Positions 47,875-56,683 of a stretch of 64,000 nucleotides of DNA are shown in pieces. The DNA comes from a virus (Duplodnaviria; Caudoviricetes), in IMG/VR virus record IMGVR_UViG_3300020048_000104, positions 1-64,000 of that record; one strand, given 5' to 3'. A program made the position numbers and the translations under genes. A model generated the notes under the pieces. The model worked only from the letters and a program-made list of their open reading frames with translations, did not search any database and had not been told where the DNA came from. The first letter of the stretch is position 1. Each line of letters begins with the position of its first letter.

Positions 47875-48890
47875 ACCTCTATAAACATTGTTTTGTTAGT
47901 ATAATACTCCATAGGATAATCCCATTCGTTACTTTGTTTATGAAATGCATATCTTTCAATAGCTTGTCTTACACCTTCTAGTTGTTTACCATTAGCTACA
48001 CCACCATTAGTACCTACTTGTAATGATTCATGTGTCATTGTAAATATCATAGGTTTGTTAATACATTCTTTTTCAACAACAAAAAACATAAACGGTTCAA
48101 TAGCATATCCTTTTTCTACAAGTTCTTTTACAGCAGGATATTCAGTTACTGCTTTTGAATAAAATGCACCTTGAAAATCATATCTGTATTTCCAGAAATT
48201 ACCAGGAAAATCAGTAATCATTCCTGACATTGTTTTAATATCAATAGGGTATACTTTCTTTTCGTTATGGTCGATAGTAATCATATCACCCTCACCTTTG
48301 AAATCAATACCTTTAAATGTAAACTCAAATATAGGTTTCTTGATAATCTCTACATTCTTAGTTTTAGTTAAGAAAGGAGAAATGTATTTATCACTTTTTA
48401 ATGCAGCACAAGCAATTATAGCTTTCTGATAATCCTCTTGAGAAATTACTGTTTTATTAGAAGACTTTTGTAAAACAAGGAAATAATCACTTCCTGCTTC
48501 TATTACCTTACTATATAATGTATCAGGTTTCCAAGACTGACCATATCCTATTCTACCAGCAGCTTCTAAAATATGACTTGCGTGTTGTACTAATTCTCCT
48601 TCAGAAGAATATTCATTAAATACTATATTGACAATTTCAACAATAGCATCAGAAGGAAGTTTCATACTTTTCATTATGTAATACACATCTTCAAATTCAG
48701 TATCTTCTGTTAACATGTGATCTACAGCACTACCGAATACAAAATGATCTGGTGTTTTTTCAATAATACCATTAGCTTCATTTTCTAATTTCTGAATGAA
48801 TCTTTCTTGTGTTTGTAAAAACGTCTGAGGATGTTTCAATATTTGTTTTAACAAAGACTGATTCATTTTATCTAAATTTCTATATCCCAT
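47871..48890 (-). CDS. PD-(D/E)XK exonuclease (RecE/ExoVIII-like)
   Basis: FGSAVDHML, FKGEGDMI...IDIKT, YRYDFQGAFY. Confidence 0.8.
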   Translation of the reverse strand: MGYRNLDKMNQSLLKQILKHPQTFLQTQERFIQKLENEANGIIEKTPDHFVFGSAVDHMLTEDTEFEDVYYIMKSMKLPSDAIVEIVNIVFNEYSSEGELVQHASHILEAAGRIGYGQSWKPDTLYSKVIEAGSDYFLVLQKSSNKTVISQEDYQKAIIACAALKSDKYISPFLTKTKNVEIIKKPIFEFTFKGIDFKGEGDMITIDHNEKKVYPIDIKTMSGMITDFPGNFWKYRYDFQGAFYSKAVTEYPAVKELVEKGYAIEPFMFFVVEKECINKPMIFTMTHESLQVGTNGGVANGKQLEGVRQAIERYAFHKQSNEWDYPMEYYTNKTMFIEV

Positions 48891-49381
48891 TATATTTGTG
48901 TTATTTTATAAACTAATTTTCTTTCATGTAGATGTTTTACTTCTACAAAACTACCTCCAAATCCTTGAAAGTATTCAATGTTATCATCAGGAAGAATACC
49001 TGCATGTATTACAGCATCGTCTAATGATTTTAACCATACAGCTGCTAAATTAAATATATCCCAATTAGGCTTATATCCTTCTGCTGGAGGTTTCCAGCTT
49101 AATTTCCGTACTCCTGTTTTCTTATCCATTAATGATTTAACATTACCGTAATTCAAAGGAGCATGTATAATCACTTCTGTTTTAACAGGACCTTCAATTT
49201 TTAATCCTTTAGGTATATGTTTTTCAATATATGTATGCATTGCTCCTACAAACGCATTTCTCATTGTAAAATGAGGAGATGCATGAATTGCATTATACCC
49301 TATCTTTTTCCATTTGTTTTTGGATAATGGTACATGTGTGATAAATTCAGGAAACTCAATTATTATTTCTTTCTTATTCAT
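48890..49381 (-). CDS. RusA-like Holliday junction resolvase
   Basis: KPNWDIFNL...KSLDDAVIHAGILPDDN matches the RusA acidic motif spacing. Confidence 0.65.
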   Translation of the reverse strand: MNKKEIIIEFPEFITHVPLSKNKWKKIGYNAIHASPHFTMRNAFVGAMHTYIEKHIPKGLKIEGPVKTEVIIHAPLNYGNVKSLMDKKTGVRKLSWKPPAEGYKPNWDIFNLAAVWLKSLDDAVIHAGILPDDNIEYFQGFGGSFVEVKHLHERKLVYKITQI

Positions 49382-50195
49382 TAATTAATTGTTTTCCTAT
49401 TTGATGCATAGACTCTTTATTTATTCTATGACATCCTATTGTTAATACTCCATTTAAGTTAGTGACTTTGTAATTTTCAATTTTATGACCTACTATATTA
49501 ATACCTTTAGTAATAGCTTGATATAATTCTTTAGCTGATTCTACAGATACTTTTACTCCTTGTGTTGTTTCTACTTTAGTACCATCTTCAGATATTCTTA
49601 AATAATCTTCACTACCTATTCTAACAGAAGAAATATCATAATTCATAAATTTAACTAATGCTTTTTCCAATCTGATCTTCTCAGCTTTTTTAGCTTTTTG
49701 TTGAGCTATCTTAATATTATCTTTCCAAGCATCTAGGTTCTTAGTTATATCAGTGTATATCTTTTTAATTGCTTTGTAATCATCATGTTTTTTAAGTTCT
49801 TTCTTTTTCGAATATTCTATCCAGTCATTTAATTTTTCAAATCGGTAAATAATTGAATCTATGTATAACTCAGGTTTTCTAGCATTAGCTAATTTTTGAG
49901 CTAATGCTTCCATTTTATTTTTTACAAGATCCACTTTGATTTCAGTATAGAAAAATTGTTTGTACTGACTTGTAGCATACTTTAACATGTGAATATGTTT
50001 ATTTGTAGTAGATGACCACCCTGTATCATTAATAACAATAGTTTCATCATTGATAAAGTGACCTAATAAATAATGACTACCATAACTGTATATTTTATCT
50101 CCTTCAAAAAATACATTACTACATCTTGCTTCTTCTTGTGTTCTTTGTGCAAATAAGTGAATTACATCACTAGCACTACCAAATACTTTTTTCAT
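49374..50195 (-). CDS. Hypothetical phage protein
   Basis: 273 aa ORF with clean codon usage, overlapping the downstream gene. Confidence 0.6.
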   Translation of the reverse strand: MKKVFGSASDVIHLFAQRTQEEARCSNVFFEGDKIYSYGSHYLLGHFINDETIVINDTGWSSTTNKHIHMLKYATSQYKQFFYTEIKVDLVKNKMEALAQKLANARKPELYIDSIIYRFEKLNDWIEYSKKKELKKHDDYKAIKKIYTDITKNLDAWKDNIKIAQQKAKKAEKIRLEKALVKFMNYDISSVRIGSEDYLRISEDGTKVETTQGVKVSVESAKELYQAITKGINIVGHKIENYKVTNLNGVLTIGCHRINKESMHQIGKQLINE

Positions 50196-50205
50196 AATTA
50201 CTTAA

Positions 50206-51411
50206 TTAAATTTCTACAAAATTACCTTGTCTATTTTCAAGTCGTATAGTATATTTACCTTCTGATATACATGCTTTATATAATAACATATCTTTTATAT
50301 ATGCTTTAGTTTTAGTACCTTCATCAAAAATATGACTTACTATACGATTTCCTGATTCATCAAATAACATTCCTTTTAGCTCATCTTTAGAAATAGTTTT
50401 GAACGTTACGTTAAGATTAGTCTTTTTAACAGTATTGCTCTTATTCATAGATGAAACCATTACCAGTTTTTTACGAGGTCTTGATACAGCTACATACAAA
50501 GATTGATTCTTACCTTGTATTGGAGAACCATTAGACTGTCCTAAAATGTTATCTTCAAATACATAAACACATTGATAGGTAGAACCTTGTGATTTGTGAG
50601 AACTTATAGCATACCCATATTGTAAATTAGCAAATTGCTTCTTTAAATCGAAATATAGCTTTTTGCAATTGTTCCATAGGTATTTTAAATTCTCATTACA
50701 TAATTCTGTACCAGCATCTGTTAAAACAGGAACACTAATAATATCATCAGTATCATTGTTTCTTAATAACAATTCGTATATTTCATATTCATCCGTATGT
50801 GAATGACGAGTATGAGTATATCTGTCGTAATGGTCTAATTCGACATACTTCATACGAGGTTCTGATACAGAAAGAACAACAAAATCTTCAGAATTATGAA
50901 ACAAGCATTTAGAAGTGTACATAGCTTTACCAGCTCTTGTAGTTCCTATTTTCTCAGAAACATAAAACGAATCATAAGCTGTTAGCATTTCATTTGGATA
51001 ATACTTATTAGGATTATTTCCCCACAGTTTAATACGAATTTTAGTATTTAAGTTTTTAACTGATTGAGGATGATTGTGATTCTCATTATTATAAGTAATC
51101 ATCTTACAGTAATCTGTATTTCCTTCTGAAACATGAAAATCTTCAACAAACATATCTAATACCGTATTTTCATCACTTTCAAATAATACAGAAGAACCAC
51201 TTACATCATCATACTTAGTTACTCTATCTTCTGGTTTTAAAGCACGTAAAACAGGATTATCAGATGTCTGATTTTCATTAATGATTTCTCCTATTCTTAT
51301 GATTGGAGAAGTAGCTGCCTGACGCATTTTTTCTGTAAGTAAATACTTATTTTTAATTTGAAATACAGATGATATTTTATCAGAACCGACAGGTGGCAGT
51401 TGTGCAGAATC
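50206..51411 (-). CDS. SF1B (Dda/RecD-like) helicase, exon 2
   Basis: Starts DSAQLPPV (second half of motif III); contains LTEKMRQ, YGYAISSHKSQGSTY and LYVAVSRPR. The track ATG at 51414 includes the intron terminal G. Confidence 0.9.
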   Translation of the reverse strand, partial: DSAQLPPVGSDKISSVFQIKNKYLLTEKMRQAATSPIIRIGEIINENQTSDNPVLRALKPEDRVTKYDDVSGSSVLFESDENTVLDMFVEDFHVSEGNTDYCKMITYNNENHNHPQSVKNLNTKIRIKLWGNNPNKYYPNEMLTAYDSFYVSEKIGTTRAGKAMYTSKCLFHNSEDFVVLSVSEPRMKYVELDHYDRYTHTRHSHTDEYEIYELLLRNNDTDDIISVPVLTDAGTELCNENLKYLWNNCKKLYFDLKKQFANLQYGYAISSHKSQGSTYQCVYVFEDNILGQSNGSPIQGKNQSLYVAVSRPRKKLVMVSSMNKSNTVKKTNLNVTFKTISKDELKGMLFDESGNRIVSHIFDEGTKTKAYIKDMLLYKACISEGKYTIRLENRQGNFVEI

Positions 51412-51487
51412 CATGCACTGATTGTTATTTTTTCTAAGTAATGTATCAAATTACATAACAATCCTTATACTTTCATATAAGATTAGA

Positions 51488-52270
51488 CTATATCTTGTAT
51501 TGTGTAAATATTATATTTTTATGTGATTTTTTTGAACCATTAACTACTTGTGATACGTTTTTAGGAGTAAATCCATCTTTTTCAGTATCTTTTATCGAGT
51601 TATATGATTTTATAAATATATATTCTTTAGTATATGAATATATTTTCTTTTTACGTGTAACAGAAGTATAATTAAATACAATATCAGATCTATATTCTTT
51701 TTCTCTTATGAATATATGTTCTTTATGCGATTTTCTTTTTTTATTACATACTGCTACAACACTTGATGGTGAATAACCGTCTTGTCTAGTTTGTTCCGAT
51801 GAAGCATATTTTTTTATAAATACTCCATCTAAATCAAAACATAAAACAGGTACAGATAATGGATTTTTTTCATTTTTATTATTATAATTCCCATTATTTT
51901 TTCCATATAATCTCACATTATAAAAATAATTTAATTCTCCACATAAACCAGCTTCTCCACCTAATGAAATATTAGTTAAATTTTCTAAACCTATTTCAGA
52001 AATCAACTTCTTTTCTATTTCACAAGCTTCTAAAGAAGTTAAATTATATTTATATAATTCTATTTTAATACCATGTTTTAAAGCAGTATTGACCCAGTGT
52101 TTAGTCCTATTATGATATGATGTACATCTATATCTTTTTCCCTTACCTACATAAAAAATTTCATCAGTTGTTAATTTTTTATGTACATATACATAAAAAT
52201 TAGTAACTGTTTTATTCTTTACTTGTTTAGTAATTAACTCTGGATTTACTTTTAAAACTTCATATTTCAT
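51488..52270 (-). CDS. Intron-encoded GIY-YIG homing endonuclease with two NUMOD1-like repeats
   Basis: FYVYVH...IFYVGKG..R...E...N..GG. Lies in loop L8 with its stop codon inside the S element. Likely start MKYEV at 52270. Confidence 0.82.
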   Translation of the reverse strand: MKYEVLKVNPELITKQVKNKTVTNFYVYVHKKLTTDEIFYVGKGKRYRCTSYHNRTKHWVNTALKHGIKIELYKYNLTSLEACEIEKKLISEIGLENLTNISLGGEAGLCGELNYFYNVRLYGKNNGNYNNKNEKNPLSVPVLCFDLDGVFIKKYASSEQTRQDGYSPSSVVAVCNKKRKSHKEHIFIREKEYRSDIVFNYTSVTRKKKIYSYTKEYIFIKSYNSIKDTEKDGFTPKNVSQVVNGSKKSHKNIIFTQYKI

Positions 52271-52273
52271 ATT

Positions 52274-52281
52274 CAAATATA
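52274..52281 (-). promoter_or_regulatory. Intron-internal TATATTTG promoter element for the endonuclease
   Basis: TAnnTTTG ends 3 nt before ATG 52270. Confidence 0.5.
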
Positions 52282-52519
52282 ACAATATTATACACACAAT
52301 ACCCTCCCTTTTCGAATAATAAATGATAAATTTATTATTCTACTCCTTACGGATAGTCGTTGAACGTTCCTCATTTTAAAAAGGCTTCGCTGCTGATTGC
52401 CTATTAGACATCTTAATAATTTTCAAACATTCACGCTTACTTTTTGAAGTTACGTTGTAGTTTATTAAGCTTTAAGGGTTTCCAGCAATTAAAGAGGTTT
52501 ATACTCGGCAATTCACTCT

Positions 52520-52969
52520 ACCGAGAAATATAATCTTAGCGTTCTTCTTTTTCAGTTTTTTCATTTCTTTTATGATCTCATCTGAAATCATTGATGCTTC
52601 ATCTACAACTACTAAATCCATTGATTTAATAGGAATTTTATCCTCATCTCTACGATTGTATTCATCTATTTTAAATTCTCCTGTTTCCTCATTTAATTTG
52701 ATACTTAATGCAGATGCTACAGTCATTACTTTATCATATCCTATAGATAAACCTAATACTTTTTTAGCTTTGTGAGAAATAGCAATACCTCCTATTTTAC
52801 CAGGATAGTTAGATATAGCCTTCTTTAATATTGTTGTTTTTCCTGTTCCACCAGGTCCACATAAAATGAATGCTTTTTCATCAGATTTTAAAAAAGTGAA
52901 TAATAAATCCAACGCTTCTGTCTGACCTTGATTAGCATACACCCCAGGGAATAATTCATATTTATTCAT
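52520..52969 (-). CDS. SF1B (Dda/RecD-like) helicase, exon 1
   Basis: Walker A GPGGTGKTT, Walker B VVVDEASM, ends IIFLG at the splice site. Spliced product is 551 aa. Confidence 0.9.
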
Positions 52970-53987
52970 TTTTTAATGTTTTATTAATTAATTGATGTAT
53001 TAGTTTAGATGATTCTTCTTTACCTTTCATCCTTACTAAATCGCTAAAATCAGTTACTCTAGGTAATTCTGGTATCAGGAAATAAGGAATATTGTATAAT
53101 TCTGCAAATTGCTCTGACAGTTTTTTACCAGCATTATCGTTATCAAATAAACATATTACATTTTTAAATCTTGATTTGTATTCATCCATTACTGATTCTT
53201 TCATAGTAACGGATTCTGATTGTAAACCAATAGAAGAAATACCTACTACATCATGTAAACTCATTACATCTTTCAATGCTTTTGTTATGATAAGTAAATC
53301 TCCTGTTTTGGGTAATTGTGTGTACCCTTGATGAACACTATAATTAGCATTGTTTATCCATTTAAACCTTTTATTTGTTGAATGAGGTTGGTATATCTTA
53401 TAAGATAACACACCATCTTTATATTCTCTGTAAGCATAAGCTAAAGGTTCTGCTAAAACAGGATTATCGTTATAGAATATGTATTTTATAGGAATTACAT
53501 TAAACTTATCTAATGTCTTTTTACTAATTCCAAAACCACTCCAAAACAATTTATCTTGTCTATTCCAATCTCTTCTATTTATTCCTATTTTAACAACTGC
53601 TTTTTCTTTTAGTCTTTCCATTTTGGCATAAGAATGCGTGTTTGTATTAGTAGTAATATCAAATTCAGATAAGCCTAAATCGTATGCTATTTTACCTAAT
53701 GCTTGAGGATAATTTAGTCCAAACATTTTCATAACAAGGACTATGAAATCACCACAATCTTTAGTAGCAAAATCATAGAACATTAAAGTATTTCTTTTTT
53801 CTCTATGATAATAAATAGAAAAAGAAGGTACTCTATCATTTCTAAAAGGACTGCTAATTTTAGTAACTTCCGTAATATCCTCATTCAAATAGTATCTAAA
53901 TATATCTTCTTGAGATACGTGTTTGAGTATGGATTCTTTTGTAAGTTGTTCATCGAAAGCAATAGAGTTTAAATTTATACTTTCCAT
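52962..53987 (-). CDS. dnaG: DNA primase (DnaG/TOPRIM)
   Basis: SPFRNDRVPSF...YDFATKDCGD N-terminal domain; TOPRIM IITKALKDVMSL...LFDNDNAG...DFSD. Confidence 0.85.
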   Translation of the reverse strand: MESINLNSIAFDEQLTKESILKHVSQEDIFRYYLNEDITEVTKISSPFRNDRVPSFSIYYHREKRNTLMFYDFATKDCGDFIVLVMKMFGLNYPQALGKIAYDLGLSEFDITTNTNTHSYAKMERLKEKAVVKIGINRRDWNRQDKLFWSGFGISKKTLDKFNVIPIKYIFYNDNPVLAEPLAYAYREYKDGVLSYKIYQPHSTNKRFKWINNANYSVHQGYTQLPKTGDLLIITKALKDVMSLHDVVGISSIGLQSESVTMKESVMDEYKSRFKNVICLFDNDNAGKKLSEQFAELYNIPYFLIPELPRVTDFSDLVRMKGKEESSKLIHQLINKTLKNE

Positions 53988-53994
53988 GTAATAA

Positions 53995-54022
53995 AATAAA
54001 AGGAGGGCTGATAACCCTCCTT
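53995..54022 (-). terminator. Rho-independent terminator/attenuator upstream of primase
   Basis: Minus strand AAGGAGGG-ttatcag-CCCTCCTT followed by TTATTTT. Confidence 0.75.
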
Positions 54023-54045
54023 AATTAATAATTAGTTACGAGATA

Positions 54046-54639
54046 TTAATCCCAGTCAGATACTAAGTCGTTTGCATCAGCTACTGAATCATTTTTAGAT
54101 TCGTTATCAGCAGTAGGTCTAGTTAAATTATCTAAATCACTTACTGTTAAACGAGATTCTGCAACAGATACAGGCTCAATAAATGGAACCCATGTACGAG
54201 CTTGAATAAACTTTTTAGGATATTCTTTAGTACCATAATTAGCCATTACTCTGAACTTAGCACCTGCTGGTGTTTGTTCTTTTAATGCTTTCATACATAA
54301 GTCTAACATTTGTTTAGCGTTCTCTGCTTTAGGAAATACAAAAGTAGGAGAAATAGCAGCATGTAATAAGTGTTTTAATACTTTACCTTGCTTTTTGATT
54401 TGGTCTTCAATAGTGCTGTATGATGTAGCTTCCGTTACATAATACAATCCCATATCTGTAGAACCTCCTTCAGAATCAGTAAAATTTACTTTGTAATCTG
54501 GAGCTTTCTCATGATCCTCTTTTTTCTTTTTAGTAACAGCTAATGTTACATTATTAACTACTCCTGCAACACCTTTGTTGAAGATTACTACATTACCACC
54601 TTCTTTTTGGTCGTACTCTGAACTGTTTAAATCAATCAT
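54046..54639 (-). CDS. Putative ssDNA-binding protein
   Basis: OB-like beta pattern and acidic aromatic tail DLVSDWD; sits between Sak4-like and primase genes. Confidence 0.5.
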   Translation of the reverse strand: MIDLNSSEYDQKEGGNVVIFNKGVAGVVNNVTLAVTKKKKEDHEKAPDYKVNFTDSEGGSTDMGLYYVTEATSYSTIEDQIKKQGKVLKHLLHAAISPTFVFPKAENAKQMLDLCMKALKEQTPAGAKFRVMANYGTKEYPKKFIQARTWVPFIEPVSVAESRLTVSDLDNLTRPTADNESKNDSVADANDLVSDWD

Positions 54640-54684
54640 TGTTATTTGTTTTTAAAAATTAATAAATTATTTACTTGTTTACTT

Positions 54685-55338
54685 TTACCACTCTTCTTCT
54701 TCATCATTTTCAGATGATGCTTTTTCTTCTACTACAGGTTCGTCTTCAGTATTATCTATAGCAAACTTAACTCTTTCTGGAGCTGGTTCTGCTTTAACTA
54801 CAGGTTCTGCTACTTTTTTGATAACGTTTGTAATTGATGCAGATGAATTATTTGTTTTCATTTCTTCATCAGATTTAAAAACATCATCAGCTGTTTCTTC
54901 AACTACTTCTTGCACATCAGCAAGAGTAGATACTAAATCAGTATCTATATTACTTTGTATCATGAAAGGTTGTCCTTCAACAGGAATTAAATGAATGTGG
55001 TGTTCCTTTGTAATATCCAACTTATTCAATTTGATAACGTGTTCGAATATTTTCTTATCTGAAAAAGTCAAACTCTTAGTTACTGTAAAAGCACCATAAG
55101 GAGCTTCTTCTCCTTCTTCTAAGTTACCTAAGTTTTTAATTACTACTTTACCTTCAGCAAATCCTAACATTACATTACAGTAATCTGTTAATCCTAATGC
55201 TTCTTTTGCAGCTTTATTGAATGTAAACTTACGAGCAGCTTTTGATGCTGTTATAGCTACTAATGATACAACAGGTGTTGTAAATCTTTCTTCTTTTACC
55301 GTTCTAGTTGTTGTCGGTAATCCCCATGTAATTTCCAT
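54685..55338 (-). CDS. Hypothetical protein with long acidic C-terminal tail
   Basis: Ends ENDEEEEW; N-terminal ARKFTFNKAA beta domain. Confidence 0.55.
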   Translation of the reverse strand: MEITWGLPTTTRTVKEERFTTPVVSLVAITASKAARKFTFNKAAKEALGLTDYCNVMLGFAEGKVVIKNLGNLEEGEEAPYGAFTVTKSLTFSDKKIFEHVIKLNKLDITKEHHIHLIPVEGQPFMIQSNIDTDLVSTLADVQEVVEETADDVFKSDEEMKTNNSSASITNVIKKVAEPVVKAEPAPERVKFAIDNTEDEPVVEEKASSENDEEEEW

Positions 55339-55363
55339 ATTGTTTTGTTTTATTGGTTTTTAA

Positions 55364-56038
55364 TTAAATTCCGTAATATTCTCTAATTGCGTTATCTACA
55401 ATTACTAAATCATTGTCTATGAAGTCTTCTTCAAACATATCCATAGGTGTTTTTGCAGAATTAGATCCTGAGTTTTTTGTAGAAAAAACATGCTTATTAG
55501 GTTCTCCATGAATTTTTTGAATTTCTGTATATAATACGATAGAGCTAAACGACTCTGGTACAAATTTTTCAAGAGCTTTACCTTGTACAGCTATTCTTTC
55601 AACAGACAATCCTGATTCATTATAATGAATTTCAGGATGAGCAAACATATATACAATAATATCTTCTCTCATTTTATCATTAATTAAGTTGATTAAATCG
55701 TACTGAGCAGCTGCAAATCTTGAATATTTATCAAAACCTTTTTCTTTTCTAAACTCAGGATCCATCACATAATTTGATTGTACTCTTGACCATGTATCAA
55801 CTATTACAGATTTGATATTAGGGTTTTTATGAGCTGCTTTAAACATATCTACCATTTCACTTGTCTTAGACGTGTTAAAATAATTACCTTTTTCAGAATT
55901 ATATTTTTCTGAAAATTTTCTAAAAGGTAATGCTTTTTGATCTGCGTTACCTATAAAAGTTTCATCAGGATTTAGATTCCTGATTGATGTAGATTTTCCC
56001 ATTCCTGATTTACCTACAATAAAGACTAATTGTGCCAA
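55364..56038 (-). CDS. AAA ATPase, Sak4-like single-strand annealing protein
   Basis: IVGKSGMGKSTS Walker A, VIVDTWS Walker B, YMFAH, FVPESFSSIVLY, AKTPMDMF. TTG start. Confidence 0.75.
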   Translation of the reverse strand: MAQLVFIVGKSGMGKSTSIRNLNPDETFIGNADQKALPFRKFSEKYNSEKGNYFNTSKTSEMVDMFKAAHKNPNIKSVIVDTWSRVQSNYVMDPEFRKEKGFDKYSRFAAAQYDLINLINDKMREDIIVYMFAHPEIHYNESGLSVERIAVQGKALEKFVPESFSSIVLYTEIQKIHGEPNKHVFSTKNSGSNSAKTPMDMFEEDFIDNDLVIVDNAIREYYGI

Positions 56039-56067
56039 AATTTTAAATTTTAAATGTTAATATTAAT

Positions 56068-56586
56068 TTATAAATACCTATTTGTGATATTATTTTCTTT
56101 TTCGAAATCACATCTTGCTTGATATGCTTCTATTTCAGTATTAAATCTACCAAGGTTTTTATTTTTTAAACCTTTGATGTTTATCTGAGCTTTCCATTTG
56201 TTTTGATCGTTACACCATGAAACACCTATATAATCAGATGATGTATTTCGTCTACGAGAACCATGACATCCATTTTCTATAGTTGTAGTCCATTCTAAGT
56301 TTAAATAATGATTGTTGAAATTATTACCATCTATGTGATTTATTACATTCAAAGATCTAGGGTTATTAACAAAATGTATTGCTACAAGACGATGTACTTT
56401 AAAATGTTTTCTACTTTTACTACGATGAAATTCAATATCTAAATATTTATTATTTTCTTTTGGACCTATAGCACGAGGTTTTAATACTCTAACTTTATTA
56501 CCTTTTAGACTTCGTACATTTCCATAATTACTAATTTGATATTCACCAATGTAATTTTCAACATCTTTCCATATTTCTTTTTCCAT
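56068..56586 (-). CDS. Free-standing homing endonuclease NUMOD4-HNH-AP2
   Basis: EIWKDVENYIGEYQISNYGNVRS (NUMOD4), VHRLVA...NHIDGNNFNN...NLEW (HNH), YIGVSW...KWKAQI...LGRF (AP2). Likely start MEKEIW at 56586. Confidence 0.88.
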   Translation of the reverse strand: MEKEIWKDVENYIGEYQISNYGNVRSLKGNKVRVLKPRAIGPKENNKYLDIEFHRSKSRKHFKVHRLVAIHFVNNPRSLNVINHIDGNNFNNHYLNLEWTTTIENGCHGSRRRNTSSDYIGVSWCNDQNKWKAQINIKGLKNKNLGRFNTEIEAYQARCDFEKENNITNRYL

Positions 56587-56589
56587 AAA

Positions 56590-56673
56590 ATAAAAATCCC
56601 CACAAATCAGAAGTCGCTGTTTCCTCAATGCAGGGTTTTAATAATGTGTTTAATGTATCAGCGACAATACATT
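56590..56673 (-). ncRNA. Candidate cis-regulatory RNA: two hairpins with complementary loops
   Basis: AAUGUAU-UGUCGCUG-AUACAUU hairpin and AAAACCC...GGAA-ACAGCGAC-UUCU...GGGGAUUUU hairpin. The loops GUCGCUG and CAGCGAC are perfectly complementary. Confidence 0.45.
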
Positions 56674-56683
56674 TCAAAGATAC

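Larger units (their letters stand above)
51412..52519 (-). mobile_element. Group I intron (IA-type, with P7.1/P7.2) interrupting the helicase
   Basis: P1 CUCGGU/GCCGAG with U.G at the 5' splice site. P AAUUGCUGGAAA (52479-90), Q AAUCAGCAGC (52389-98), R GUUCAACGACUA (52354-65), S AAGAUAUAGUCU (51485-96). P8 GUAUUGUGUG/UACACAAUAC, terminal G at 51412. Splicing restores IIFLG|DSAQLPPV. Confidence 0.93.

Noticed and set aside
51412-51414. ATG start of a stand-alone 402 aa helicase-like gene, and the RVNCRV tail of ORF 52499..52969
   Set aside because: Both are artefacts of the intron: the G of this ATG is the intron terminal G, and RVNCRV is read from P1.
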